The notes beneath the pieces were generated by a model, which saw only the letters and a program-made list of their open reading frames with translations, ran no database searches and was not told where the DNA came from. The position numbers and the translations under genes are program-made. A stretch of DNA of 64,000 nucleotides from positions 5,482-69,481 of the forward strand of contig CAZZZU010000003.1 in assembly GCA_964658805.1 (NCBI GenBank), given 5' to 3'. This document shows, piece by piece, positions 1 through 9,975 of this stretch. Position 1 is the first letter of the stretch. Every line of letters starts with the position of its first letter. The DNA comes from an uncultured Steroidobacteraceae bacterium. Lineage in GTDB: Bacteria > Pseudomonadota > Gammaproteobacteria > Steroidobacterales > Steroidobacteraceae.

Positions 1-1
1 G

Positions 2-1324
2 CGAATCCTGCACGCCGAGGCCAATCCCGGCAATGCCCGGGCGCTGGTGCAACGCCATGGCAACCTGGAGTTGTGGCTGAACCCACCCCCGGTGCCGTTG
101 AGCACTGCCGACATGGACGCTATCTACGAATTGCCGTATGCGCGCCGCCCGCATCCCCAGTACGGCGGTGCGAAGATTCCGGCGTATCACATGATCAAGT
201 ATTCCGTCTCGATTCAGCGTGGCTGTTTCGGCGGCTGTACGTTTTGTTCCATCACGGAGCACGAAGGGCGAATCATTCAGAGCCGCTCGGAGGACTCAGT
301 CATCCGTGAGATCGAAACCATCCGTGACAGCACGCCGGGATTCACCGGTGTGATTTCGGATCTGGGCGGTCCTACTGCGAACATGTATCGGTTGCGCTGC
401 AAGTCGGTGGCCGTCGAGTCGGCCTGCCGTCGACCCTCGTGCGTGTTTCCATCCGTTTGTCCTAATCTGAATACCGACCATGCGCCGCTCATCAATCTTT
501 ACCGTCGCGCCCGCACGCTCAAGGGCATCAAAAAAGTGCTGATTGCGTCCGGCGTGCGCTACGACCTCGCGATCGAGTCGCCGGAGTACGTCAAGGAATT
601 GGCCACGCATCATACGGGCGGCTATCTGAAGATTGCGCCGGAAGCCATCGGTGATGGGCCGCTGTCGAAGATGATGAAGCCGGGCGTCGGTACCTACTAC
701 CGGTTCAAGGAGTTGTTCGACCGCTACTCCAAGGAAGCGGGCAAGGAACAATATCTGATTCCGTACTTCATCGCGGCGCATCCGGGCACACGCGAAACCG
801 ACATGCTCGAGCTGGCGCTGTGGCTGAAGAAGAACGGCTTCCGCGCCGATCAGGTGCAGGCCTTTCTGCCGTCACCGATGGCGACGGCCACGGCGATGTA
901 CCATTCGGGCAAAAATCCGCTCAAAAAAATAACGCGCAGCAGCGAAGAAGTGGTGATACCGAGAGGCATCAAGGTGCGCCGATTGCACAAGGCCTTCCTG
1001 CGCTATCACGACTCCGAGAACTGGCCGCTGTTGCGCGAGGCTCTACGACGGATGGGTCGCGCGGACCTCATCGGCAATGGCGTGCGGCATTTGATCCCCT
1101 CCTATCAACCGGTTCGGCCGGGCATGCCGCGGCCCGGGGTGGCGCGCCCAAGTGAACGAAAGGCGGGTGGACCTCGGCCCGGCGCAGCCCCTCCCGCTGT
1201 GGCGCGTCCCAGTTCCGGCCAGCCGTTTCGCACCCAGCACACGGGCTTGCCCTATGCGCCAGGCGTGCCGCGGGGCTCGCGCGATGGGCGCCTCAAACGC
1301 GCTGCCAGGAAGCCGCGTCCCTGA
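2..1324 (+). CDS. ygiQ: YgiQ-family radical SAM protein (UPF0313), 5' end outside window
   Basis: Frame is open from nt 2 ([21 protein letters not shown]...), so the listed GTG at 47 is internal. CxxxCxxC radical-SAM motif ([10 protein letters not shown]). Conserved YgiQ core. Ends in a Pro/Arg/Gly-rich basic tail. Confidence 0.85.
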   Translation, partial: RILHAEANPGNARALVQRHGNLELWLNPPPVPLSTADMDAIYELPYARRPHPQYGGAKIPAYHMIKYSVSIQRGCFGGCTFCSITEHEGRIIQSRSEDSVIREIETIRDSTPGFTGVISDLGGPTANMYRLRCKSVAVESACRRPSCVFPSVCPNLNTDHAPLINLYRRARTLKGIKKVLIASGVRYDLAIESPEYVKELATHHTGGYLKIAPEAIGDGPLSKMMKPGVGTYYRFKELFDRYSKEAGKEQYLIPYFIAAHPGTRETDMLELALWLKKNGFRADQVQAFLPSPMATATAMYHSGKNPLKKITRSSEEVVIPRGIKVRRLHKAFLRYHDSENWPLLREALRRMGRADLIGNGVRHLIPSYQPVRPGMPRPGVARPSERKAGGPRPGAAPPAVARPSSGQPFRTQHTGLPYAPGVPRGSRDGRLKRAARKPRP

Positions 1325-1445
1325 TCTGTCTCGCAAACGAGAACGAAACTCTTGCTAGCGTCCCTTTGGACCGATTACAGTTCGGCCAAATTTTAGAATC
1401 GATGTTCTGTGCGAGGGATCGCCCGGGATGCGCGGGCGGTGCAGT

Positions 1446-3914
1446 ATGGACAAATGGTTAGTACATAAATTCGGCGGCTCAAGCGTCGCTGACGCTGCCT
1501 GCTTCCGACGCGTAGCCGACATCGTCGAAGCGTCCCGCAATCCGCGCGAAGCCATCGTACTGTCTGCCTGCCGTGGTGTGACGGACGCGCTCCTGAACCT
1601 TGTGCTGATGGCCGAAGTTCCCGCCGCCGACTTCGACGCTGCCCTCGGCGCTGTGCGCCTCCGGCATGTAGAGCTTGCGCGCGAATTGGTTTCGCCCGGC
1701 GCTGCCAGAGAATACTGTGCGGCACTCGAGCGTGATCTCGAGGAGATCACCGGTATTCTGCACGGCGTGCGCCGGCATGGGTCGGCTTCCAATTTCATTC
1801 GCGAGCGGGTTTCTGGTTTCGGCGAGATCTGGTCGACCCGACTTTTCACGCCCTTTCTGCGGGAGCGCGGCCTGACGGAAGGCGAGGTGCTCTGGCTGGA
1901 CGCGCGGGACGTGATCATCGTGGAATGGGGAAGCCTCGGCCCCGCAGTGCAATGGGCGACCTCCGAGGCGAATATCAAGCGTGTCGTGCCGGCGTCCTTC
2001 GAGGGTCGTCTGGTCGTCACAGGGTTCATCGCCACGACCGTCGAGGGCGTTCAAACCACACTCGGCCGCAACGGCAGTGATTTCTCGGGCTCCATTTTCG
2101 GCGCGCTGCTCGATGCCTGCGAAATCATCATCTGGACGGATGTGGACGGCGTGCTGTCCGCGGACCCGCGGCTGGTCCCGAACGCTCAGGTAATTGATCA
2201 ATTGTCGTACAACGAAGCCATGGAGCTCGCCTACTTTGGCGCCAAGGTGATCCATCCGCAGACCATGGAACCGGCCGTCGCGCGCGGTATTCCGATCTAC
2301 ATTCGCAACACCTTCGCTCCGGAGAAGCGGGGCACGCTGATTTGCGCGAAGCCGGTGTCGGCGCTGCAGGTCAAGGGCATCACCACCATTGACCCGGTCG
2401 CGCTGGTGAATCTGGAGGGTGCCGGGATGATCGGTGTGCCGGGTACCGCACATCGGCTGTTCGGCGCGCTGCGTGATGCGGGCATTTCCGTGATCCTGAT
2501 TTCGCAGGGCAGCTCCGAACATTCGATTTGCTTTGCCATCCCACAGATTCAGGCCGTCCGCGCCGAACGGGCGGTGCGTAGCGCCTTCGATGTGGAGTTA
2601 CGGGACGGCAAGATCCAACATATCGACGTAGGTCTGGGCTTGAGCATACTTGCGGTGGTGGGCGACGGTATGGCGGGCGCGCATGGCACGGCAGCCAAGG
2701 TATTCAATTCACTCGGCGATGCCGGCATCAGTGTCCGCGCGATTGCGCAGGGCGCTTCGGAGCGCAATATCTCAGTCGTCGTTGACGGCAAGGGCGCCGC
2801 CAAAGCGTTGCGAGCTGTGCACGCTGCGTTCTACCTGTCGCCGAACACATTCTCCATTGGCTTGATCGGGCCGGGTACAGTCGGGCGCGAACTGCTCGAC
2901 CAACTTGCGACCCAGATAGAGCGGTTGCGTGCGCTGAATCTCGACCTGCGCGTTCGCGCCATCGCCAGTTCCACGCGAATGCTGCTGGATAACAACAGCA
3001 TCGATCTGGAGCACTGGCGTGAACGTCTGCAGGAAGGTGAGCCGCTCGATCTCGAGAAATTTGCCAACCACGTACAGGCCGACTACATCCCGCACGCCGT
3101 CATCATCGACTGTACTGCGAGTGGCGACGTCGCCTTGCGGTACAAGGACTGGCTGGCGCGTGGCATACACGTGGTCACGCCGAACAAGAAAGCGAACAGC
3201 GGTACGCAGGAGTACTACGCGTTACTGCAAGAAGCGCGGCGTGAGGCCGGGTCGCATTATCTCTATGAAGCCACGGTGGGTGCCGGTCTGCCGGTGATCC
3301 AGACGCTGCGCGACCTGCGTGAGACGGGCGATGAAGTCACCAGCATCGAGGGCATCTTTTCGGGCACGCTGGCGTACCTCTTCAACGTGTTCGACGGCAA
3401 GGAGTCTTTCTCCTCCATCGTGCATGTCGCCAAATCCAAGGGCTACACCGAGCCGGACCCCCGTGACGACCTGTCTGGCATCGATGTGGCGCGCAAGCTC
3501 ATCATTCTGGGTCGTGAGATGGGATTACGGCTGGAGATGGCCGATGTCCGGATCGAGGGTCTGGTACCTGCGGCGCTGAAAGACTGCAGCGTCGAGGAAT
3601 TCATGTCGCGTTTGCATGAGTCAGACGCAGGCATGGCGGCGGTGCTGAGTGACGCCCGCAGCCAGGGTCAGGTATTGCGTTATGTGGGGCGCATCGATGC
3701 TGCCGGCACCGCCACCGTCGGGTTGACGCGACTCGACGCGAAGCATGCGTTCGCGCATATCGCGTTGACCGACAACGTCGTACGTTTCGCGACGCGGCGC
3801 TATTGTGACAATCCGCTGATCGTGCAGGGGCCGGGAGCCGGCCCGGAAGTCACTGCGGCGGGCGTGTTTGCGGATTTGCTGCGACTCTCAGCGTATCTTG
3901 GCGCACACATTTAG
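1446..3914 (+). CDS. thrA: bifunctional aspartokinase / homoserine dehydrogenase
   Basis: About 820 aa. N-terminal aspartokinase (VHKFGGSSV), C-terminal homoserine dehydrogenase. First gene of the thrA-thrB-thrC order. ATG 1446 (MDKWLVHKFGG) preferred over ATG 1428. Confidence 0.95.
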   Translation: MDKWLVHKFGGSSVADAACFRRVADIVEASRNPREAIVLSACRGVTDALLNLVLMAEVPAADFDAALGAVRLRHVELARELVSPGAAREYCAALERDLEEITGILHGVRRHGSASNFIRERVSGFGEIWSTRLFTPFLRERGLTEGEVLWLDARDVIIVEWGSLGPAVQWATSEANIKRVVPASFEGRLVVTGFIATTVEGVQTTLGRNGSDFSGSIFGALLDACEIIIWTDVDGVLSADPRLVPNAQVIDQLSYNEAMELAYFGAKVIHPQTMEPAVARGIPIYIRNTFAPEKRGTLICAKPVSALQVKGITTIDPVALVNLEGAGMIGVPGTAHRLFGALRDAGISVILISQGSSEHSICFAIPQIQAVRAERAVRSAFDVELRDGKIQHIDVGLGLSILAVVGDGMAGAHGTAAKVFNSLGDAGISVRAIAQGASERNISVVVDGKGAAKALRAVHAAFYLSPNTFSIGLIGPGTVGRELLDQLATQIERLRALNLDLRVRAIASSTRMLLDNNSIDLEHWRERLQEGEPLDLEKFANHVQADYIPHAVIIDCTASGDVALRYKDWLARGIHVVTPNKKANSGTQEYYALLQEARREAGSHYLYEATVGAGLPVIQTLRDLRETGDEVTSIEGIFSGTLAYLFNVFDGKESFSSIVHVAKSKGYTEPDPRDDLSGIDVARKLIILGREMGLRLEMADVRIEGLVPAALKDCSVEEFMSRLHESDAGMAAVLSDARSQGQVLRYVGRIDAAGTATVGLTRLDAKHAFAHIALTDNVVRFATRRYCDNPLIVQGPGAGPEVTAAGVFADLLRLSAYLGAHI

Positions 3915-3937
3915 CTCCCCATTTTGCGAGGTATCCC

Positions 3938-4870
3938 GTGTTAACCGACGTCACCGCTTTCGCGCCTGCCACGGTGGCAAACGTGGCAATAGGTTTCGAT
4001 ATCCTGGGTCACACCGTCGATGCCGTCGGCGATCGCGTCCGTGTGCGACGCATCGATGAACCCACGGTGCGCATCAAAGCGATCAGCGGCATTCCTGACG
4101 ATCTACCGATGGAGCCGAAGAGCAACACCGCCGGTCGGGCCGTACAAGCGCTGCTTGAAGCCCTGCATCTGGACTTTGGTTTCGAACTCGAGATCGAGAA
4201 AGGCATCCCCCTCGGCTCCGGGATGGGCGGTTCGGCTGCTTCCGCCGTGGCGGCGGTCGTGGCGGCCAATGCACTGCTCGAGAAACCCGCACCGCGCCTG
4301 CAGTTGTTGAAGTTCGCCATGCAAGGCGAGATCGTTGCCAGCGGTGCCGCGCACATCGACAACATCGCGCCGTGCCTGTATGGCGGTCTGATTTTGACCG
4401 TGGGGATCGACAATCCGCGCGTCAAGCAGATTCCGGTGCCACCGACCTTGCGCTGCGTGCTGGTGCATCCACACATGTACCTGGGGACTCGCGAGGCGCG
4501 CGCGATCTTGAAGACGGATATCACCCGTTCGGACTACGTCTGGCAGAGCGCCAATCTCGCCGGCTTCATTTCCGGATGCTATTCGAACGATCTGGAAATG
4601 CTGCGTGATTCTTTCAACGACGTGATCATCGAGCCACAGCGCCACCTCATGATTCCGGGATTCAAGGACGTGCAGAAGAGCGCCATGTCGGCCGGCGCAT
4701 TAGGGTGTTCGATATCGGGCGCGGGCCCTACTGTGTTCGCATGGGTCGAGGTCCAGGATGCCGAAGCGGCGCGGGGGGCGATGGTGGCGGCGTTTGCCGA
4801 ACACGGGTATGAAACCGACGCCTGGATTTCGGGTATGGAAAATTTTGGCGCGCGTGTGGTCAAGGCTTGA
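3938..4870 (+). CDS. thrB: homoserine kinase
   Basis: GHMP-kinase motif PLGSGMGGSAASAVA; 310 aa; GTG start 23 nt after the thrA stop. Confidence 0.93.
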   Translation: MLTDVTAFAPATVANVAIGFDILGHTVDAVGDRVRVRRIDEPTVRIKAISGIPDDLPMEPKSNTAGRAVQALLEALHLDFGFELEIEKGIPLGSGMGGSAASAVAAVVAANALLEKPAPRLQLLKFAMQGEIVASGAAHIDNIAPCLYGGLILTVGIDNPRVKQIPVPPTLRCVLVHPHMYLGTREARAILKTDITRSDYVWQSANLAGFISGCYSNDLEMLRDSFNDVIIEPQRHLMIPGFKDVQKSAMSAGALGCSISGAGPTVFAWVEVQDAEAARGAMVAAFAEHGYETDAWISGMENFGARVVKA

Positions 4871-4872
4871 AG

Positions 4873-6174
4873 ATGGACCTCGCCTATGTGAGCACCCGCT
4901 CGGGCGCCGCGCCGGCTTCGTTGAGCGAAGCGATGCAGCGCGGCCTGGCACCCGACGGTGGCTTGTACATGCCGCAGCAACTGCCGCAGGTGGATGTGGC
5001 GGGGCTGGTGCGCGATGCTCCGCTGTACGACCTCGCGGCTGCAACGTTGCGTGGTTTCTTTGCAGGTGACGTGCTCGAGTCGGCGCTCCCTGACATCACT
5101 CGTGAGGCGCTTGACTTCTCCGCCCCTGTGACGCGCGTGCTCGGTTGCGACGAGCCCTTATACGCACTCGAGCTGTTTCATGGGGTGACGGCTGCGTTCA
5201 AGGACTTCGGCGCACGTTTCCTGGCAGCGAGCCTGCAGCGTCTGCAGACCCCTGGCTCGCAGCCGCTGACGATCCTGGTGGCGACGTCCGGCGATACGGG
5301 CGGTGCCGTCGCGGCGGCGTTTCATCAGCGGCCGTGGGTACGCGTGATCATTCTCTATCCGAAGGGTATGGTGAGTCCGCGCCAGGAGCGGCAACTGACC
5401 TGCTGGGGCGGCAATGTGAGCGCCCTGCGAATCGATGGCACCTTCGATGACTGTCAGCGTCTGGTCAAAACGGCATTGGGCGACGCGGGCTTGAGTGCCC
5501 GACATCGCTTCAGTTCCGCCAACAGCATCAACATCGGTCGCCTCCTGCCGCAAATGATGTACTACGCGTCATCGAGCCTGGGCCTCGAACGCACCGCCGG
5601 AGCGCCGTCGTACATCATTCCCGCCGGCAATCTGGGTAACGCGCTTGCGGCTGTCTGGGCGCGGGCCATCGGCTTTCCGATCAGGCGCATCGTGCTGGCG
5701 CACAACGCCAACCGCACCGTCCCGGATTACCTGCGCTGCGGTGAGTGGCTCCCGCGGCCGAGTGTGGCAACACTCGCTTCGGCCATGGACGTAGGCAACC
5801 CCAGCAATATGGAGCGCTTGCGCGCGTTATTTCCCAACATCGACGCCGTGCGTGAACAGGTGAGCGCGGAGAGTGTCGATGACGCTACAATCCGGGCACG
5901 CATCAAAGAGGACTTCATGCACTACGGCCGCGAATGGTGCCCGCACACCGCGACTGCGGCGGAAGTCTATGCGCGGCTTGAGCGCGGCGAGCGGCGCAAC
6001 CAGCCTTGGGTGGTGGTTGCCACCGCGCATCCGGCCAAGTTCAACGAGATCGTGGAGCCCATCATTGGTAAAGCGGTGGCGGTACCGGCAAGCCTGGCAC
6101 GATTGTTACAGCTGCCGCAGCAGCTACAGGATCTGCCGCCATCGTTCGAGGCGTTGACTGCGGCGCTCGAATGA
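4873..6174 (+). CDS. thrC: threonine synthase
   Basis: PLP-lysine context (TAAFKDFGARF); about 430 aa; follows thrB. Start is ATG 4873 (MDLAYVSTRSG) or TTG 4867 overlapping the thrB stop. Confidence 0.93.
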   Translation: MDLAYVSTRSGAAPASLSEAMQRGLAPDGGLYMPQQLPQVDVAGLVRDAPLYDLAAATLRGFFAGDVLESALPDITREALDFSAPVTRVLGCDEPLYALELFHGVTAAFKDFGARFLAASLQRLQTPGSQPLTILVATSGDTGGAVAAAFHQRPWVRVIILYPKGMVSPRQERQLTCWGGNVSALRIDGTFDDCQRLVKTALGDAGLSARHRFSSANSINIGRLLPQMMYYASSSLGLERTAGAPSYIIPAGNLGNALAAVWARAIGFPIRRIVLAHNANRTVPDYLRCGEWLPRPSVATLASAMDVGNPSNMERLRALFPNIDAVREQVSAESVDDATIRARIKEDFMHYGREWCPHTATAAEVYARLERGERRNQPWVVVATAHPAKFNEIVEPIIGKAVAVPASLARLLQLPQQLQDLPPSFEALTAALE

Positions 6175-6767
6175 TAGATCCCGCTATCGATCCCGAATGG
6201 TTGCTGTTGATTGTCGGTGTGCTGCTGATCGGCGTCGCCGGCTATTTTGGCGTGCGCGTCTACAAGCGCCGCGCGCGGCGCAAGACGCTGCTCGCGCGCC
6301 TGGAGCGCCTCGGCTATCAGGCGGCCCATGCGGTGATGGTGCCCGATGGCATGGGCGGCAGCATCCATGTGGATCATCTGCTTCTGACCGCGCGTGGCAT
6401 ATTGGTACTCGACACGCGCCGGGTGGCCGGACTGATCTTCGGCGGCGACCAGATGAGCGACTGGACTGTAATGGGGCGTCGGCGTTACACCTTCGACAAC
6501 CCGCAGCCCGCGCTGTATGACCGGCTAGCGGCCGTCAAAGCCATTGTGGGGGACGTGCCCGTCGAAGGCCGCCTGCTGTTCTCCAATGTCGGCAAGTTCA
6601 CCAAAGGAATTCCCAAATGGGTGGTGATGCTGGACGGTATTGAAGTCGAATTTCCACCGGTGGATCGGAGTGCGATGTCCTTGGCGGCGCACGCGCCGAT
6701 GGCGGAGGCGTGGAATCGCCTCACGCAACATCTCAAACCGAGTCCGCATCTCTTTACCGATCTGTAG
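6171..6767 (+). CDS. membrane-anchored NERD (nuclease-related) domain protein
   Basis: N-terminal TM helix (WLLLIVGVLLIGVAGYFGV) followed by a NERD-like core (SIHVDHLLLTARGILVLDTRR). The ATG overlaps the thrC stop (ATGA). Confidence 0.7.
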   Translation: MIDPAIDPEWLLLIVGVLLIGVAGYFGVRVYKRRARRKTLLARLERLGYQAAHAVMVPDGMGGSIHVDHLLLTARGILVLDTRRVAGLIFGGDQMSDWTVMGRRRYTFDNPQPALYDRLAAVKAIVGDVPVEGRLLFSNVGKFTKGIPKWVVMLDGIEVEFPPVDRSAMSLAAHAPMAEAWNRLTQHLKPSPHLFTDL

Positions 6768-7557
6768 CGTTCTTGAGGCGAAAAAAAGATTCCGCGTTGG
6801 CAGTGGTGTAGGCCGCCAATTCTGCCGGGCTTTCCCCGCGCAGCAGCGCCAGTGCCGTTGCGACGTGCGGTAGATAGGCAGGTTCGTTGCGTCGGCCCTG
6901 CACTTGGGCGTTGAGATCGCGCGGCAGCAGGTAGGGAGCATCGGTTTCCACCATCAGCCGGTTGCGCGGGACATGCGGTACGGCGTGGCGCAGGTCCTGG
7001 CCGCGGCGCTCGTCGCAGACCCACCCCGTGATGCCGATGAACAATCCAAGGTCGAGATAGCATTCGAGTTCCGCGCGCGTGCCGGTAAAACAGTGGGCGA
7101 CGCCTGAGATGCGCGGCGCGTAGTCAGTCAGAATGGCGGCGAAATCGCCATGCGCCGCGCGCTGATGAAGGAACACAGGCTTCGCGGTCGTGACTGCCAA
7201 TTCCAGTTGAGCGATGAACGCGGTTCGCTGCGCTTCCGGCGAAGCGAAGCTGCGGAAGTAGTCGAGACCGCATTCGCCAACGGCGACGGTACCCGGCTCC
7301 TCGAGCAGGGCCTCCAGCTCACCGCGTAATGAGGGTGCGAAGTCAGCGGCGTGATGCGGATGAAATCCCGCCGTGCTTCGCAGCCGGGCGGGATATCGCG
7401 CAGCCAGTCCAGCGGCCTGCCGGGAGCTCGCCAGGTCTGCGCCGGTGACGATCATGCGCGACACGCCGGCTCGTATGGCGCGCGCCATGACCGCTTCGAG
7501 ATCAGTGGCGAAACTGTCGTGTGTAAGGTTTGCCCCGATGTCAACAAGGTCGATCAA
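6754..7557 (-). CDS. tatD: TatD-family metal-dependent hydrolase/DNase
   Basis: IDLVDIGANLTHD N-terminus, HCFTG and ETDAPYL motifs; 267 aa. Apparent TTG start. 3' end overlaps the NERD gene 3' end by 14 nt. Confidence 0.88.
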   Translation of the reverse strand: MIDLVDIGANLTHDSFATDLEAVMARAIRAGVSRMIVTGADLASSRQAAGLAARYPARLRSTAGFHPHHAADFAPSLRGELEALLEEPGTVAVGECGLDYFRSFASPEAQRTAFIAQLELAVTTAKPVFLHQRAAHGDFAAILTDYAPRISGVAHCFTGTRAELECYLDLGLFIGITGWVCDERRGQDLRHAVPHVPRNRLMVETDAPYLLPRDLNAQVQGRRNEPAYLPHVATALALLRGESPAELAAYTTANAESFFRLKNATDR

Positions 7558-7588
7558 GCGGCCAAACTCGCTGTGTTATCGTTCATTG

Positions 7589-8332
7589 ATGAAATTTTCC
7601 GCGGGCGCCCTGGCAGCGCTGCTGATGATGCATTCATATGCCAATGCGCAAGAGGGTGGCGACCTGCAGGCGCAAATCCTGTACGCCTTTGAGACGGAGG
7701 ATACCAACACTCTGCGAGCCGTCGCGCAAAACCTGAGCGCGCAAGCGGCACAGGCGCCGGGTGATACGGCAACACGCTATCACGCCGCACATGCGCAGTA
7801 CCGACTGGGACTCTTGCTGGCACAACAGCGCAGCGGCGGTAGTGCCGCCGCCTTCGGCAGCTGCATCGATACGCTCAAGGCCGCGCTCATGAATGATGTC
7901 AAATCAGCCGATTCCTACGCATTGCAATCAGCGTGTTATTTCCAGGCGGCGCAAATCAACGTGGTCGAAGCGCCACTGTTGCGCTCCCGCGCTGCCAGCC
8001 GCATCCAGACCGCGCAGGGACTGGCGCCGAAGAATCCACGCGTCATATTCATTGCAGCCGCGCAGGCGCTGGCGCGTGCGCGTGCCGGTAGCCGGGAGCA
8101 TGCAGCGGCAGTCAAGCAGTTGCAGGATGCCGCGCGCATCTTTGAAGCTTCTTCGGCGACCCGCATAGATGCCCCGGCCTGGGGTGACGCTGAAGCCTAC
8201 CTTATGCTCGGACGCGAGTTTGCGGAGCGTGGCGACCGTGTTGCTGCCCGCAATTGGGTCGAGAAGGCGGTGCTGGCGGCACCTCAATACAAGGCGGCGC
8301 AGCAACAGCTCAAACGCCTGGCCGCGTCTTAA
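7589..8332 (+). CDS. secreted Ala-rich helical-repeat (TPR-like) protein, function unknown
   Basis: ATG 7589 gives a signal peptide (MKFSAGALAALLMMHSYANAQ). The upstream part of the 319-aa ORF is antisense to tatD and is rejected. Confidence 0.55.
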   Translation: MKFSAGALAALLMMHSYANAQEGGDLQAQILYAFETEDTNTLRAVAQNLSAQAAQAPGDTATRYHAAHAQYRLGLLLAQQRSGGSAAAFGSCIDTLKAALMNDVKSADSYALQSACYFQAAQINVVEAPLLRSRAASRIQTAQGLAPKNPRVIFIAAAQALARARAGSREHAAAVKQLQDAARIFEASSATRIDAPAWGDAEAYLMLGREFAERGDRVAARNWVEKAVLAAPQYKAAQQQLKRLAAS

Positions 8333-8378
8333 GTCCGCTTGAGTTTGTGCCAACCGTTAACTGGTATCATTCGAGGCG

Positions 8379-9107
8379 ATGAAGCCACAAGGCACGCAGC
8401 TTTCCTTGTTTGAAACGCGCAGCACGGGCGATCCGTTCGCGGTCCGCGTCAGCCCGCGCGCGCGCCGCCTGACGGCACGCGTGCATGTCGGTGGGCGTGT
8501 GGAAATCGTCGTACCCGTCGGCGTCAATGCGCACGCGGTGCGTGACTTCGTACAGCGATTCACACCGTGGATCGACCGCAAGGTCGAGGCCATGCGGGGC
8601 TTGATGACCGCGGCTGAAAACGTGCCGCGGGTCATCGAATTTGCTTATAGCAACGAGCGTTTTTCCGTCGATTGGCGCCACGGCGCGCCGCGCAAGGTGA
8701 CCGAGAATGGCCGCCACCTCACCGTGCAGGCGCCGGACGAAAAGACAGCGCGCGGTTTGCTGGTGATTTGGCTGAAACGCGCCGCGCACGAGCGCTTGTC
8801 GCCGCAATTGCTGGGGCTCGCCGCCAGTCTCAAATGTGCGGTGACGCGGGTCGCGATTCGCTGTCAGCGTACCCGCTGGGGCAGCTGCTCGACGCGCGGT
8901 ACGATCAGCCTCAACTGCTCGCTGGTTTTTTTGCGTCCGGAGATCGTCCGCTATCTCTTCGTCCATGAATTGGCGCATACCAAGCACATGAATCATTCTG
9001 TGCATTTCTGGTCCTTGGTTGAGAAGATCGAACCGGACTACCGGCGTCTCGATCGCGAATTGCTCGCCGGTTGGCGCACCGTGCCGCACTGGGTTTTCAA
9101 GAACTAA
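8379..9107 (+). CDS. YgjP-like (DUF45 / M48-type) zinc metallohydrolase
   Basis: HExxH-type motif HELAHTKHMNH near the C-terminus; about 240 aa, the typical family architecture. Confidence 0.75.
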   Translation: MKPQGTQLSLFETRSTGDPFAVRVSPRARRLTARVHVGGRVEIVVPVGVNAHAVRDFVQRFTPWIDRKVEAMRGLMTAAENVPRVIEFAYSNERFSVDWRHGAPRKVTENGRHLTVQAPDEKTARGLLVIWLKRAAHERLSPQLLGLAASLKCAVTRVAIRCQRTRWGSCSTRGTISLNCSLVFLRPEIVRYLFVHELAHTKHMNHSVHFWSLVEKIEPDYRRLDRELLAGWRTVPHWVFKN

Positions 9108-9109
9108 AG

Positions 9110-9967
9110 ATGGATCCGGTCAGCACACCCGGCAAACCGTTCGTCGATCTGACGGATGAGGACGTGCATTGGGATCTGACTCAATCGTTGAGCTATTCCC
9201 AATATCTGCATCTCGACAAGCTGCTGGCAGCCCAGCTGCCGCTCTCGTATCACCACGATGAAATGCTGTTCATCATCATCCACCAGGTTTCAGAACTTTG
9301 GATGAAGCTCTGCCTGCATGAGCTGAATTCCACCTTGGACTGCGTCCGTCGCGATGACCTCGGGCCCACCTTCAAGATGCTCGCCCGCGTGTCGACGATT
9401 CAGCAACAGCTGCTGCAGTCCTGGGATGTGCTTGCGACGATCACGCCGCACGACTACTCGGCGTTCCGAAACACGCTGGGGCGCTCGTCCGGTTTTCAAT
9501 CGCCGCAGTATCGCATGCTCGAATTCTTGATCGGCAACAAGCACGCCGATGCCATCGAGGTGTTCCGCAGCGACGCCGCGGCCTACGAGACGCTGGAGCG
9601 GGCTTTGAACGCGCCGAGTCTGTACGACGAGGTGCTGCGGCTGCTCAGCCGGAGAGGTTTCGACTTGCCGCCGGAGACCGTCGATCGGGATTTCGCACAG
9701 CCCTACCAGCCTAGCAAGCAGGTGGCTGCGGCCTGGCTCAGCGTTTATCACAACTCCGAGAAGGAGTGGGATCTGTATCAGCTGGCCGAGCGGCTCGTGG
9801 ACCTCGATTATAAATTTCAATTGTGGCGTTTTTCACATGCGAAAACGGTCGAACGAATCATTGGCTACAAGCGCGGCACGGGCGGCACCGGCGGCGTGTC
9901 GTATCTGACCAAGGCGCTGGAGCTGAAATTCTTTCCGGAGCTGTGGACCATACGCACCTCCATGTAG
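9110..9967 (+). CDS. kynA: tryptophan 2,3-dioxygenase
   Basis: Family hallmarks YSQYLHLDKLL and HDEMLFIIIHQVSELWMKL; C-terminal GTGGTGGVSYL. ATG 9110 lies 2 nt after the upstream stop. Confidence 0.92.
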   Translation: MDPVSTPGKPFVDLTDEDVHWDLTQSLSYSQYLHLDKLLAAQLPLSYHHDEMLFIIIHQVSELWMKLCLHELNSTLDCVRRDDLGPTFKMLARVSTIQQQLLQSWDVLATITPHDYSAFRNTLGRSSGFQSPQYRMLEFLIGNKHADAIEVFRSDAAAYETLERALNAPSLYDEVLRLLSRRGFDLPPETVDRDFAQPYQPSKQVAAAWLSVYHNSEKEWDLYQLAERLVDLDYKFQLWRFSHAKTVERIIGYKRGTGGTGGVSYLTKALELKFFPELWTIRTSM

Positions 9968-9975
9968 GTTGACCC

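Noticed and set aside
1325-1445. Search for a thr-operon leader peptide or attenuator upstream of thrA.
   Set aside because: No short Thr/Ile-rich ORF and no terminator hairpin with a T-run is visible in the 120-nt spacer.
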